Source: Gammaproteobacteria bacterium (GTDB lineage Bacteria; Pseudomonadota; Gammaproteobacteria; Eutrophobiales; Eutrophobiaceae). From it: a stretch of DNA of 64,000 nt. Location of the stretch: NCBI GenBank assembly GCA_965222155.1, contig CBDCTH010000012.1:736001-800000 (forward strand), written 5' to 3'. The position numbers and the translations under genes are program-made. Under the pieces are notes generated by a model. That model had not been told where the DNA came from, made no database searches, and worked only from the letters and a program-made list of their open reading frames with translations. Shown in pieces: positions 28,714-40,048 of this stretch; within the stretch, counting starts at the first letter, position 1; each line of letters opens with the position of its first letter.

Positions 28714-31700
28714 ACCTGATAAGGACCTGTATCAGCTACCCGGTTTCAACCGCAGTGGGCGTTATCCTGCTGCTGCTGTTCGGCATAATTTCGTTTCTGC
28801 GGCTGCCCGTACAGTTGACGCCTGACGTCGACAAGCCGGAAATTACAGTGACAACCTACTGGCCCGGGGCGAGCCCCCTGGAGGTTGAGCGGGACATCAT
28901 CGATGAGCAGGAAGAGGAACTTAAATCTCTGGAAGGACTGGTGCAGATGCGTAGCGAGAGCCATGATGGTTTCGGGGTGATCACGCTGCGGTTTCAGACG
29001 GGTACCGATAAGGATGCCGCCAGGCTCAAGGTATCGAATCACCTGGACCAGGTGGAGTCCTATCCCACCAACGTTGAGAAGCCTGTGATTTCGGGTCAGT
29101 CCGGAGTCGCGGGCGCGATAGCCTGGTTCCACCTGGATCCCACCGAGGAAAACGGCTTCGAAGGCGATATATCCACTACGTATGATTTTGTCGATGATTA
29201 CGTCATACCCGAACTGGAGCGGGTGGAAGGCGTCTCATCAGCTAACACCTACGGTGGTCGTGAAGCAGAGATCCACGTCATCGTTGATCCGGCAAAGCTG
29301 GCATTGCGTCGAGTGACGCTGACGCAGCTTGCCGACGCTATCGAACGGGAAAACCGTAATTACAGCGGCGGCGACTTTGACGAAGGCAAGCGGCGTTATA
29401 TCGTGCGTACCGTGGGTGAATATCAATCCCCGCGAGACCTGGAAAACATCGTCATTGCCAACCGCAACAACGTGCCGATCTACCTGCGTGACGTGGCTCG
29501 GGTAGAGTTGACCCACGAGAAGCCCACGGGCGCGATATTCAGTCTGCATAATAAAAGTATCGCGTTGAACATCCAGCGCCAGACGGGGGCCAATGAACTG
29601 GACGTAATGAACGAGGTAAGGAAGAAGCAGGAAAAGCTCAACCGGGAAGTACTGGGCCCCCGCGGTTTGCAACTGGTGCATGCATGGGACCAGACCGGCT
29701 ACATCAACAGCGCCATAGGACTGGTACGCAATAACCTGTTAATCGGCGGCACTCTGGCTATTATCGTATTGCTGATATTTTTACGCAGCGCCAGCAGTAC
29801 GCTGATCCTCGCTCTCGCCATTCCCATCAGTATTGTCGGGACGTTTTTGATGATGGCCGTGTTCAATCGGAGCATCAACGTCATCAGTCTGGCCGGCCTG
29901 GCGTTTGCAACCGGCATGGTGGTGGATAATTCCATTGTGGTGCTGGAGAATATCTACCGGCATCGGCAGGCCGGTCAATCATTATTCAGCGCGGCGTATA
30001 GCGGCGCCACAGAGGTATGGGGAGCAGTCCTGGCCAGTACCCTGACAACTATTGCCGTATTCGCCCCGGTGGTGTTGATCGAAGAAGACATAGGAAAATT
30101 ACTGGCTGATATCGCGGTTGCAATCAGTTGCGCGGTAGGACTGAGCCTGGTTATTGCCATTACGGTGATTCCAACCCTGTCGGCGCGTCTCCTCAACGTA
30201 GCGGGAGAGACCCCAACCGCCGGCGGATTTCGCTCTCTCTGGGGGGGCGTGCGCCTGGCTTCGGCAGTCAGGGACCGGATTGCCTCATTGTCCCACTGGA
30301 TCAATGCTACGGTCCTGCGCCGTCTGCTTGTTGTGGGTGTGTGCGTTACCCTGGCCGTAATTATCAGCCTGGTCATCAAACCCAAGACGGAGTACCTGCC
30401 CGCGGGTGATACCGATTTTCTGTTTGGCCTGCTGTTGCCGCCACCGGGCTATACGGTGGCGGAACGGGCCGGGATTCACGGCGTGTTCTCCGGGGCTTTG
30501 GAAGACCTGATGGAATATCCGGCCGGGTCGGTCGAGGCGGAAGCTTTACCCGGCGGCGGACTGCATGTTTTCTTCTATGGTTTCGAGGGTAGCGTAATCT
30601 TTATGGGGGTGACCTCCAACGACCCGCGCCGAACGAAAGAATTGTACCCGATCTTTCACGATGCCATGGTCAGTGTTCCCGGCGCTATCCCCATCCTGCA
30701 ACAATGGGGTATCTTTGAAGAAGAAAGTGGTGAAGGCCGCAGTATTGATGTTGAAATAAAAGGGCCGGAACTGGAAAGACTGATTGCCCTGGGCGGGGAG
30801 GTCTTTCAAAAATCCTTTGCAGTGTTGCCCGGCGCCCAGGCGTTTCCCATCCCTGGCCTGGACCTGGGAAACCCTGAGCTTCAGGTGGTTACGGATCGAC
30901 GCCGGGCCGCGCAACTTGACATAAGCAATCGCGACCTGGGCTTTACTGTGAATGCTCTGGTGGACGGCGCCAAGGTCAGTGATTACCAGTATGAGGGCAA
31001 GGAAATCGATATCCGGCTGAAAGCTGAAGACAGCTTTATCCACAGCACCCATACGCTGGAGCAGATGCCCATCGCCTCGCCGGATGGTCGTCTCGTGACG
31101 CTTGGATCTGTTGCTGACGTATCACTCACCTACGGCCCGGTGCAGATCAATCACCGGGAAAGGGAACGGACCATCACTATACGGGTACAGCCCGCCGATG
31201 AAATGCCTACGGAAACGGCAATGGAGGTCATACAGGATCAGATCATCGGTCCCATGAAGGAAAGAGGGGACCTCGGTGGAGTCTACAAGGCCGAGCTGAC
31301 GGGTAGCGCCGATAAACTGGTGGCCGCGGGTAACGCACTGAAATGGAACCTGCTGCTTGCTGTCATTATCACGTTCCTGCTGATGTCCGCCCTGTTTGAG
31401 AGTTTTCTATATCCTTTTGTCATCATGTTCAGCGTACCCCTGGCGATACTGGGAGGACTTATCGGCCTGGCCCTGGTCAATGCGACCATTGCCTATCAAC
31501 CCCTGGACGTATTGACGATGCTTGGATTCATCATCCTCCTGGGTACGGTAGTCAATAATCCCATATTGATCGTGCACCAGTCCCTGAACCATATCAGGAA
31601 AGCGGGGATGGAATCCCATGAGGCGATTCGGGAGGCAGTACGAAATCGGATCCGTCCCATTTTCATGAGCGCCGGCACCTCAACGTTTGCCATGTTGCCC

Positions 31701-31892
31701 CTGATCCTCGCCCCGGGGGCCGGTTCGGAGTTATACCGGGGCATAGGCGGCGTAGTGGTCGGCGGCCTGCTGGTTTCCACCGTGTTTACCCTGTTTATCG
31801 TCCCCGCCATGCTGAGCCTGGTGTTTGACCTGCGCAAGCTGCTGACGGGAAATCCGGACGGCGCGGTCAACGCAGAAGTATTGCTGGATTAA
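28710..31892 (+). CDS. RND efflux permease subunit
   Basis: 1060 aa, GMVVDNSIVVLENI, RIRPIFM. Confidence 0.94.
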   Translation: MNLIRTCISYPVSTAVGVILLLLFGIISFLRLPVQLTPDVDKPEITVTTYWPGASPLEVERDIIDEQEEELKSLEGLVQMRSESHDGFGVITLRFQTGTDKDAARLKVSNHLDQVESYPTNVEKPVISGQSGVAGAIAWFHLDPTEENGFEGDISTTYDFVDDYVIPELERVEGVSSANTYGGREAEIHVIVDPAKLALRRVTLTQLADAIERENRNYSGGDFDEGKRRYIVRTVGEYQSPRDLENIVIANRNNVPIYLRDVARVELTHEKPTGAIFSLHNKSIALNIQRQTGANELDVMNEVRKKQEKLNREVLGPRGLQLVHAWDQTGYINSAIGLVRNNLLIGGTLAIIVLLIFLRSASSTLILALAIPISIVGTFLMMAVFNRSINVISLAGLAFATGMVVDNSIVVLENIYRHRQAGQSLFSAAYSGATEVWGAVLASTLTTIAVFAPVVLIEEDIGKLLADIAVAISCAVGLSLVIAITVIPTLSARLLNVAGETPTAGGFRSLWGGVRLASAVRDRIASLSHWINATVLRRLLVVGVCVTLAVIISLVIKPKTEYLPAGDTDFLFGLLLPPPGYTVAERAGIHGVFSGALEDLMEYPAGSVEAEALPGGGLHVFFYGFEGSVIFMGVTSNDPRRTKELYPIFHDAMVSVPGAIPILQQWGIFEEESGEGRSIDVEIKGPELERLIALGGEVFQKSFAVLPGAQAFPIPGLDLGNPELQVVTDRRRAAQLDISNRDLGFTVNALVDGAKVSDYQYEGKEIDIRLKAEDSFIHSTHTLEQMPIASPDGRLVTLGSVADVSLTYGPVQINHRERERTITIRVQPADEMPTETAMEVIQDQIIGPMKERGDLGGVYKAELTGSADKLVAAGNALKWNLLLAVIITFLLMSALFESFLYPFVIMFSVPLAILGGLIGLALVNATIAYQPLDVLTMLGFIILLGTVVNNPILIVHQSLNHIRKAGMESHEAIREAVRNRIRPIFMSAGTSTFAMLPLILAPGAGSELYRGIGGVVVGGLLVSTVFTLFIVPAMLSLVFDLRKLLTGNPDGAVNAEVLLD

Positions 31893-31929
31893 CGTTTCCC
31901 AGGCAAACCCTGCCGTTATCAAGCCCTGT

Positions 31930-31962
31930 CGTCATACCGGACAGGGATTGTCCGGTATCCAG

Positions 31963-31963
<1 letters not shown>
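31930..31963. repeat. REP family E variant
   Basis: CGTCATACCGGACA...TGTCCGGTATCCAG hairpin at the MTase 3' end. Confidence 0.65.
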
Positions 31964-32805
<842 letters not shown>

Positions 32806-32827
32806 TTAGTTAAGCTGAAAACAGGAA

Positions 32828-32908
32828 ATTTGGGGTCAGAGTAAAAATACTCAACAACAAGCCACTACTACTTGCCAAACTGACTGTATTTTTACTCTGA
32901 CCCCAAAT
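32828..32908. repeat. Family D element, perfect 23-bp inverted repeat ATTTGGGGTCAGAGTAAAAATAC
   Basis: Arms 32828-32850 and 32886-32908; related arms at about 54469, 55685, 49254. Confidence 0.8.
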
Positions 32909-32965
32909 ATTGACAGCAATCATGTTTCGGATAGCAACAAGCGAATTGGTGAGATATACGGGTTA
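32909..32965 (-). mobile_element. Degenerate end of MITE family A
   Basis: Minus strand TAACCCGTATATCTCACCAATTCGCTTGTTGCTATCCGAAACATGATTGCTGTCAAT aligns to the family A left end. Confidence 0.7.
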
Positions 32966-34183
32966 AGGCAGAAGAGTAAGCCACCGATCCGCTGAGATTA
33001 TCCACTGGGTCATTCCCTGGGCATGGCGCTTTTGACATACGCCGCTTTCATGCAGCAGTTGGACAGCAACGGGCGCCTTGAGCTTCTCCTGGAAATAGAC
33101 AAGGCTCGGCGCAAGTTCTTTTCCGGACACTTTACATTCTATCAGACAGAGGGGGTTTCCTCGGACTGACAGGACAAAATCCACTTCCCGCTTTTCTTTA
33201 TCACGGATGAAGTTCAGGTTGATTATCTTATCTCCCTGTGCTTGCCATAGCTGCACTGCCTTGAACAGGTGCAGCGCGACCAGGTTTTCAAAACGGATAC
33301 TGTCGTTCTCGATTTCAGCCCAGTCGAACAGGTAGACCTTGGCCTCTTTACGCAATGCACGGGCAACGCGGTTCGCAAACGGGGTAATACGAAACAGGTA
33401 AAAAAACTGCTCGAGCAGCACAATCCAATCACGGGCGGTCTCAAAAGCAATGCCAACGTCTTCCCTGAGCGCATTGGTCGAGAGCGGACTGCCGATACGG
33501 TCTGGAATGAGATGGGCCAGGTGCTCCAATAGGGAGATATTCCGAATTGCGCTCGCATCGCGAATGTCTTCCCGAACAAGCAGCGTCTTTCGTTCTGCAA
33601 ACCAAAGGTTATAAAAGTCACTACGCCCTCGACTGAATGGCTCAGGAAACCCGCTGAACTGAAAAAGTTGCTGATAGGCGCTGCGACGCTCCTGAGAGTC
33701 GGCAGGCGGGTCGTTCAAGCCTTGCTTGAAGGCGTCAAACCCGTTTAATTGTCCGCTGAGTTCACCCAGACTCAACGGCAACAACAAAACACTGAAGTAG
33801 CGTCCAAGGAGACTGTCCCCGCCCTTTTTGAAGAGCTCCAACCGGCCGCTACCCGTCACCAGAAATTGAAATTCATCCTTGTACTGATCATACATCCCCT
33901 TCAGGTAATTCTTCCAGCGGGCATACTTATGGATCTCATCGAGGACTACCAGGAAAGGATCGCCGGGCTCACGATTTTCTTTTTCCAGAAAAGCGGGATC
34001 AGTAAGAATTTTTTTTTGATGAGGCAGGGTGTCCCAGTTGAGATACAGGCTTTGGCTGAACTGTCGCTGATAATGTTGTGCCAGTGTTGTTTTGCCGACT
34101 TGGCGCGGGCCACTGACAAAGGCCATTTTGTTGAATTCGGTAATAATCGTATTAACCGGTGTGACCAATGTGCGTTCGATCAT
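32963..34183 (-). CDS. AAA_14 ATPase with DUF4143 and C-terminal PD-(D/E)XK-like motif
   Basis: GPRQVGKTT, VLDEIH, VTGS, SGFPE, FENLV, REVDF...IECK. Confidence 0.9.
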   Translation of the reverse strand: MIERTLVTPVNTIITEFNKMAFVSGPRQVGKTTLAQHYQRQFSQSLYLNWDTLPHQKKILTDPAFLEKENREPGDPFLVVLDEIHKYARWKNYLKGMYDQYKDEFQFLVTGSGRLELFKKGGDSLLGRYFSVLLLPLSLGELSGQLNGFDAFKQGLNDPPADSQERRSAYQQLFQFSGFPEPFSRGRSDFYNLWFAERKTLLVREDIRDASAIRNISLLEHLAHLIPDRIGSPLSTNALREDVGIAFETARDWIVLLEQFFYLFRITPFANRVARALRKEAKVYLFDWAEIENDSIRFENLVALHLFKAVQLWQAQGDKIINLNFIRDKEKREVDFVLSVRGNPLCLIECKVSGKELAPSLVYFQEKLKAPVAVQLLHESGVCQKRHAQGMTQWIISADRWLTLLP

Positions 34184-34202
34184 TCCTGTATTTTAGATAA
34201 AA

Positions 34203-34230
34203 CTCTAAAAAAGTCACGACTTTTTTAGAG
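34203..34230. promoter_or_regulatory. Perfect 13-bp inverted repeat upstream of the ATPase, candidate operator
   Basis: CTCTAAAAAAGTC AC GACTTTTTTAGAG. Confidence 0.5.
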
Positions 34231-34305
34231 AAAACTCGAATTTCTAGCCCCCCGCCCTCGCTCCCAGGAAAATGTACGGGGTTATTGAGAAGTTACTTGA
34301 ATTTA

Positions 34306-35430
34306 TCATATTCCATTGTTTTTTCTGTAAATATCCCGTTTTTCGTCCAGCAGTTTCAGTACCCCTTCTGCTTCACAATACCAGTACATCCAACCATTAC
34401 AGCTTTCAGTATCTTTGAGCAGTCCACCTATTTTATGTATTGAACCAGTACCTACACTATTCTGTATTCTCCCATCAGATAGAACAGTAGCCGAATAGAT
34501 TTTGTCTTTTGAGTAAATACGCTGATTTTCCCTTATATACCTGGCTTCTACAAGCTGCTGCATACTTACACGTTGCAATCTTTTTGGCGGTGGTTCTGTT
34601 AGCCGCATATCTTGAAAGAGGTCTATATTAATAGACTTCAGCCTATTTTCCGCTATTTCCACGTACCGAGGTTCCTGTTCTATACCTATACTTTCTCTAT
34701 TCAATTTTTGCGCAACTGCACAAGTCGTTCCGCTGCCCAGAAACGGGTCCAGGACCGTGTCTCCTTCATTGCTGCTGGACAAGATCACCCGCTGGAGCAT
34801 TGCCTCCGGTTTCTGCGTTGAATGGGCTTTTTTGCCGTGTTCATCTTTGATTCGCTCCCTTCCCGTACAAAGCGGGATTTGCCAGACGGAAGTCATCTGT
34901 TTGCCATTATTAAGTTGTTTCATCACCTGATGGTTGAACGTATATTTTTTTTGCTTCTCTGACTTTTTCGCCCAGATCAGGGTTTCCGTTGCATTGGTGA
35001 ACCGCACTCCCCGGAAGTTGGGCATGGGGTTGGTCTTGTACCACTGCACGTCGTTGAGGATCCAGTAACCCAGGTCCATCATGATCCTGCCCACCCGGAA
35101 TATATTGTGATAGGAGCCGATCACCCAGATCGTGCCGTCATCTGCCAACACTCTCCTGCACGCGTTCAGCCATTGTCGGGTAAATTCATCGTAGCTCTCA
35201 AACGATGAGAACTGATCCCAGATATCGTCAACACCGTCAACCCGGGTCTGATTCGGTCTGAATAACTCCTGCTTGAGTTGCAGGTTGTAAGGAGGGTCGG
35301 CAAAGATGAGCTTGACCGATTTTTGCGCTAGCGTTGGCAGTATATCTATACAGTTACCAGTATAAATCCGATAGTTGGAAGCACTGGTATCAACCTGTGA
35401 ACACGGTGATTTTTCCATTGTGGCACGCAT
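34306..35430 (-). CDS. Full-length CcrM/M.HinfI-like adenine DNA methyltransferase (GANTC specificity inferred)
   Basis: Same catalytic motifs plus C-terminal GSIHKIG...CNGWMYWY domain typical of CcrM. Confidence 0.9.
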   Translation of the reverse strand: MRATMEKSPCSQVDTSASNYRIYTGNCIDILPTLAQKSVKLIFADPPYNLQLKQELFRPNQTRVDGVDDIWDQFSSFESYDEFTRQWLNACRRVLADDGTIWVIGSYHNIFRVGRIMMDLGYWILNDVQWYKTNPMPNFRGVRFTNATETLIWAKKSEKQKKYTFNHQVMKQLNNGKQMTSVWQIPLCTGRERIKDEHGKKAHSTQKPEAMLQRVILSSSNEGDTVLDPFLGSGTTCAVAQKLNRESIGIEQEPRYVEIAENRLKSINIDLFQDMRLTEPPPKRLQRVSMQQLVEARYIRENQRIYSKDKIYSATVLSDGRIQNSVGTGSIHKIGGLLKDTESCNGWMYWYCEAEGVLKLLDEKRDIYRKNNGI

Positions 35431-35494
35431 GATTCCAGGTGCAGTTTAGCAAAGCAGGGATAGCAGTAAAAGAAGAAAAATAAGTTATCCCCTC

Positions 35495-36400
35495 TCACAC
35501 GGATTTTATTTGTGCAGGAGATGTTCGGTATAGCAGGTCCCTGACAAGCAACTCGGTAATATCGGACGGACACACCGATTGCAGACCTCGCCACGCCGGT
35601 ACACTGTTGACCTCCAATACCTGGTAGTTGCCCTGCGCAGCGCGGATGATGTCAACGCCGCCGTAGAGGATGCCCGTTGCCTTCGAAGCGGCTTCGGCCA
35701 ATCGTCGTAATGCCGGGGTGAGAACAGCTGGCAGGCACTTGCCGCCACGGGCGCGGTTGGTTATCCAGTGATCGGAGATACGTTCCATCGCCGCGACCGC
35801 CCGGTGATTGATGACAAAAACCCGCCAGTCACGACCATTGTGATCGTCCTGGTCGATGAATCGTTGCAGGTAATACACGCCGTTGATAAGGGCTGCGTCC
35901 AGTTGATAATCCTCAGACTCGATCAGTTGCAGACCCCGCCCGCAGTTGCCGAACAGGGGTTTTTGTACGATAGAGTGCCCTTTTTTCAGTTGTGTATGAA
36001 TAACTTCGTGGGCAGCTTCCGCAGTTTCACAGGCCCAGACAGGCGGTGTCGGAACCTGATGTTTAATCAGCAGGAAACTGGTCATGCCTTTGTCTACCGT
36101 GCGTTCGATACTGACGGCGTCGTTATAAACAACGACGCCGGAATGTTTCAATGCGTGCAGGATATCCAACCTGAACGTCACTTCTTCAAAACTTCCCGCG
36201 GCAACGGCCCGTACAAAAACGGCATCCGGCAGAGTATCGGGAAAACCGGGGATGTGCAGCCCCGTCAGGCTTTGTTCAAAACCAATATGGCAATCCCTTA
36301 ACGAGACGACCCGTGTCCGTACCCCATACCGGTTGAATGCGCCAGCCAGTCGCTGCTCGTGCCAGCCGTCATTTTCGGAGAAGATTACGATGTTTTTCAT
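35495..36400 (-). CDS. RimK-family alpha-L-glutamate ligase (H4MPT-cluster Orf5-like)
   Basis: GWHEQRL, GSFEEVTFRLDILHAL, KPLFG, WITNRARG, LEVNSVPAW. Confidence 0.82.
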   Translation of the reverse strand: MKNIVIFSENDGWHEQRLAGAFNRYGVRTRVVSLRDCHIGFEQSLTGLHIPGFPDTLPDAVFVRAVAAGSFEEVTFRLDILHALKHSGVVVYNDAVSIERTVDKGMTSFLLIKHQVPTPPVWACETAEAAHEVIHTQLKKGHSIVQKPLFGNCGRGLQLIESEDYQLDAALINGVYYLQRFIDQDDHNGRDWRVFVINHRAVAAMERISDHWITNRARGGKCLPAVLTPALRRLAEAASKATGILYGGVDIIRAAQGNYQVLEVNSVPAWRGLQSVCPSDITELLVRDLLYRTSPAQIKSV

Positions 36401-36460
36401 TTACTGTCTCTGTATCCCGTTCAGGGTTTGACCCTCATACACAGTATAATGACAAAGTCC

Positions 36461-37546
36461 ATGAAGGTTGAACCACTAATCATCGTCGGCGCCAGCGCCA
36501 GGGCGGCGGCTTATTCCGCATACCGGGCCGGATACACACCGTATTGGCTGGACCAGTTCGGGGATGAAGACCTGCGGCATCGATTCCGGGGGAGGATTAT
36601 ATCCGATTATCCTAAGCAGGCGGTTGAACTGATAGACATGGCGCCGGCTGCGCCTTTTATCTTTACCGGAGCGCTGGAAAACCATCCGGACATTCTGCAA
36701 GAGTTATGCGTTCAACGGACGTTACTGGGAAATATTAAACCGGTTTGCCTCAGGACTCGGGATCCGTTCGGATTATACGAGCTGTTTCAACGGAACCGGA
36801 TACCCTGCCCGGATATACGGACTGGCGCCGGTGGCGCAGCGACCCCCCATGATTGGCTGATTAAACCCATAATGAGTGGCGGCGGTATCGGCATTGGATT
36901 CCATGGAGGTCGAACCGTTAATACGGGTTATTTCCTGCAGCAGTATCTGCCGGGCGAGAGCTTTTCGGCTGTCTTTATCGGTGGCCGGGGTTACTGCCGT
37001 TTATTGGGGGTAACGCGACAATTAGTTGGTGAGCCGGCGTTCTATGCAAGAGAGTTCGGTTATTGCGGCAGTATCGGTCCGATAGACTTGAACGATACCG
37101 ACACCAGACAGTGGAACAGGATTGGAACGGTTGTTACCGAAGAATTCGGATTGAGGGGATTATTCGGCATCGATGCAATCAAACAGGGGGATAAAATATG
37201 TCCCGTTGAGGTCAACCCCAGGTACACCGCATCGGTCGAGGTGCTGGAACTGGCCCTCGGCATCCATACCGTTAAATTCCATTGTCACGCCTGTAGAAAT
37301 CGGTCTGTCAACATTGAGGAGCGAGTGCCCCGCCATTTGATTGGCAAGGCTATTTTGTTTGCGCCTGGAGATTTAGTCTTTGAAGGGTGTAAAACGGATG
37401 GGTTTTCCATCGCAGACATCCCCGCGCAAGGCACGGAAATAAAACAAGGCCATCCGATAACGACCGTCATGGTGACAGGGAACAGTATTTTCGCCATCCG
37501 GGAAAGCCTGGAGAGAGCGGCTGACAGCATTTACGGGCAGCTGTAA
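36461..37546 (+). CDS. ATP-grasp protein (H4MPT/methylofuran-cluster Orf9-like)
   Basis: IVGASARAAA, DQFGDED, WLIKP..GGGIG, GLFGID, EVNPRYTAS, DIP..G. Confidence 0.75.
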   Translation: MKVEPLIIVGASARAAAYSAYRAGYTPYWLDQFGDEDLRHRFRGRIISDYPKQAVELIDMAPAAPFIFTGALENHPDILQELCVQRTLLGNIKPVCLRTRDPFGLYELFQRNRIPCPDIRTGAGGAATPHDWLIKPIMSGGGIGIGFHGGRTVNTGYFLQQYLPGESFSAVFIGGRGYCRLLGVTRQLVGEPAFYAREFGYCGSIGPIDLNDTDTRQWNRIGTVVTEEFGLRGLFGIDAIKQGDKICPVEVNPRYTASVEVLELALGIHTVKFHCHACRNRSVNIEERVPRHLIGKAILFAPGDLVFEGCKTDGFSIADIPAQGTEIKQGHPITTVMVTGNSIFAIRESLERAADSIYGQL

Positions 37547-37637
37547 AAGGGACAGATTTAAACCTGTCGCAGTTCTCGGTGTTACGACAGGGTTGTTACT
37601 TTCTGATAAAATGCGATGTTTAACCTGGAGAATGTAA

Positions 37638-38192
37638 TTGGAGCAATTCAGAGGAACAACAATCCTGTCGGTGCGGCGAAACGATAAAGTCGTCATAGGC
37701 GGAGATGGCCAGGTATCGCTTGGCGATACCGTAATGAAGGGCAATGCCAGCAAAATCAGGAAACTTTACCGCGAGCAGGTGCTGGCAGGATTTGCCGGTG
37801 GGACTGCGGATGCGTTCACATTGTTTGAACGCTTCGAGGCCAAACTGGAATCGTACCAGGGCAACCTGGTGCGTTCCGCGGTTGAATTGGCCAAAGACTG
37901 GCGTACGGACAGGATGTTGAGGCGTCTGGAAGCTATGCTGTGCGTCGTAGACAAATCCAATTCGCTTCTTATTTCCGGGAATGGCGACGTGATAGAACCT
38001 GAAACCGGAATCATGGCTATCGGTTCCGGAGGGGCTTATGCCAAGGCCGCCGCGCAGGCGCTGATGGACAACACTGAATTGGATGCGCGCGAAATTGTTG
38101 AGAAGGCTCTGGCCATTGCCGCAGAAATCTGCGTTTATACGAACCGGAACATCACGATTGAGGAACTGCCCGCTGCAGGAGCAAAAAAATAA
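37638..38192 (+). CDS. hslV: ATP-dependent protease subunit HslV
   Basis: [28 protein letters not shown]. Confidence 0.97.
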   Translation: MEQFRGTTILSVRRNDKVVIGGDGQVSLGDTVMKGNASKIRKLYREQVLAGFAGGTADAFTLFERFEAKLESYQGNLVRSAVELAKDWRTDRMLRRLEAMLCVVDKSNSLLISGNGDVIEPETGIMAIGSGGAYAKAAAQALMDNTELDAREIVEKALAIAAEICVYTNRNITIEELPAAGAKK

Positions 38193-39511
38193 TGCAAGAA
38201 CTGACACCGAAACAGATCGTTGCCGAACTGGATAAACATATCATCGGCCAGGACGCGGCTAAACGCGCGGTTGCGATCGCGTTACGCAACCGCTGGCGAC
38301 GCTCCCAGCTCAACGAAGAATTAAGAAATGAAATCACGCCCAAGAACATCCTGATGATCGGCCCCACCGGCGTAGGAAAGACGGAAATAGCGAGGCGTCT
38401 GGCCAAGTTGGCGAATGCCCCTTTTATCAAGATTGAGGCAACGAAGTTTACCGAAGTGGGCTACGTCGGCAGAGACGTCGAATCCATTGTGCGTGACCTG
38501 GCGGACGTCGCGGTAAAGATGACCCGTGAAGAAGAACTGGAAAAAGTGCGGGACCGGGCCAAACTGGCCGCGGAAAACCGGGTGCTGGAAATCATGTTGC
38601 CGGGTCCCAGAACGGGCCCCGAAGAAGAACAAACCAGTTCAACCAGGGAAAAGTTTCGAGAAATGCTGAAAACCGGTGAGTTGAATGACAAGGAAATCGA
38701 GGTGGAGGTGAGTATGCCTGCGATCGGTGTCGAAATCATGGCTCCGCCGGGAATGGAAGAGATGACCAGTCAGTTGCAGGGTATGTTTCAGAGTATGGGC
38801 AGCGAGAAAAAACGCACCAGAAAACTGAGGATCAAGGAGGCGCTCAAGATCCTTGCCGAGGAAGAAGCCGCGAAACTGGTGAACGAGGATGAGATAAAGG
38901 TCAGGGCATTGGAGAACGTGGAACAGAACGGTCTGGTTTTCCTGGACGAGATTGACAAGGTGACGCGCCGCGCCGAGGTCAGCGGCGCGGATGTTTCCAG
39001 GGAAGGTGTACAACGTGATTTACTACCGCTGGTGGAAGGCTCCACGGTGACCACCCGCTACGGTATGGTCAAAACCGACCATATCCTGTTTATTGCCTCC
39101 GGCGCGTTTCATTTTTCCAAACCTTCCGACCTGATACCCGAACTGCAGGGGCGGCTGCCGATCCGGGTGGAACTCGATGCACTGGGCGTGGCTGAGTTCA
39201 GCCGCATCCTGGTCGAACCCGATGCATCATTGACACAGCAATATTCAGCGCTTATGCAAACCGAACAGGTTGACCTGTCATTTTCCGAAGACGGTATTGC
39301 CCGTATTGCCGAAATAGCCTGGCAGGTCAATGAGTCCACCGAAAATATCGGCGCCCGTCGGTTGCACACGGTCATGGAACGTCTGCTTGAAACCTTATCC
39401 TTTGACGCGCCCGACCAGGGGGAAAAGTCGGTCAATATCGATGCTCAATACGTGGCCGAGCACCTGGATGACCTGATCAAGGATGAGGATTTAACCAGAT
39501 ATATTCTCTAA
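38192..39511 (+). CDS. hslU: ATP-dependent protease ATPase subunit HslU
   Basis: [29 protein letters not shown]. Confidence 0.98.
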   Translation: MQELTPKQIVAELDKHIIGQDAAKRAVAIALRNRWRRSQLNEELRNEITPKNILMIGPTGVGKTEIARRLAKLANAPFIKIEATKFTEVGYVGRDVESIVRDLADVAVKMTREEELEKVRDRAKLAAENRVLEIMLPGPRTGPEEEQTSSTREKFREMLKTGELNDKEIEVEVSMPAIGVEIMAPPGMEEMTSQLQGMFQSMGSEKKRTRKLRIKEALKILAEEEAAKLVNEDEIKVRALENVEQNGLVFLDEIDKVTRRAEVSGADVSREGVQRDLLPLVEGSTVTTRYGMVKTDHILFIASGAFHFSKPSDLIPELQGRLPIRVELDALGVAEFSRILVEPDASLTQQYSALMQTEQVDLSFSEDGIARIAEIAWQVNESTENIGARRLHTVMERLLETLSFDAPDQGEKSVNIDAQYVAEHLDDLIKDEDLTRYIL

Positions 39512-39523
39512 CCGGTTAGCGGA

Positions 39524-39895
39524 ATGCCTAGAGCAACAGAAACAGCCACCACGAGGCCGATATCCGTCAGTCTGAAGAAAAAGTCGCGTCAGTTAGTACT
39601 GGAGTACGAAGACGGGAAAAGTTTCAGCTTGAGTTGCGAGCTGCTACGGGTTTATTCACCCTCTGCCGAAGTACGCGGGCATGGTCCGGGTCAGGAGATA
39701 TTACAGACGGGCAAGGAAAATGTGAATATCGACGCGATTGAGCCTATGGGAAGTTATGCGCTGAAGCTGTGTTTTGATGACGGCCATGCTTCCGGCATTT
39801 ATACCTGGGATTATCTTTATCAACTGGGAGCGAATCGGGAGCGACACTGGCAGTCATACCTGGCGGCGTTGGAAAAAGCTGGTTATAAAAGATAG
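39524..39895 (+). CDS. DUF971 domain protein
   Basis: ELLRVYSPSAEVRGHG, FDDGH..GIYTW; conserved position after hslU. Confidence 0.9.
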   Translation: MPRATETATTRPISVSLKKKSRQLVLEYEDGKSFSLSCELLRVYSPSAEVRGHGPGQEILQTGKENVNIDAIEPMGSYALKLCFDDGHASGIYTWDYLYQLGANRERHWQSYLAALEKAGYKR

Positions 39896-40043
39896 CCCGG
39901 ATATTGCACCAGCGTAAAAAAGACAAGTGAGGGCGCATCCAGCGTAGTTTGCAACTTTGATAGAAGTGGTAAAGTTTGAATAACTCATTAACAGCATAGG
40001 ACTTTCCGTCTATGACAAGCGAACTGGTGCAATATCCGGGCTA
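39893..40043. mobile_element. Short (151 bp) MITE family A relative
   Basis: Perfect TIR TAGCCCGGATATTGCACCAG; internal segment matches family A in reverse. Confidence 0.82.
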
Positions 40044-40048
40044 TTACA

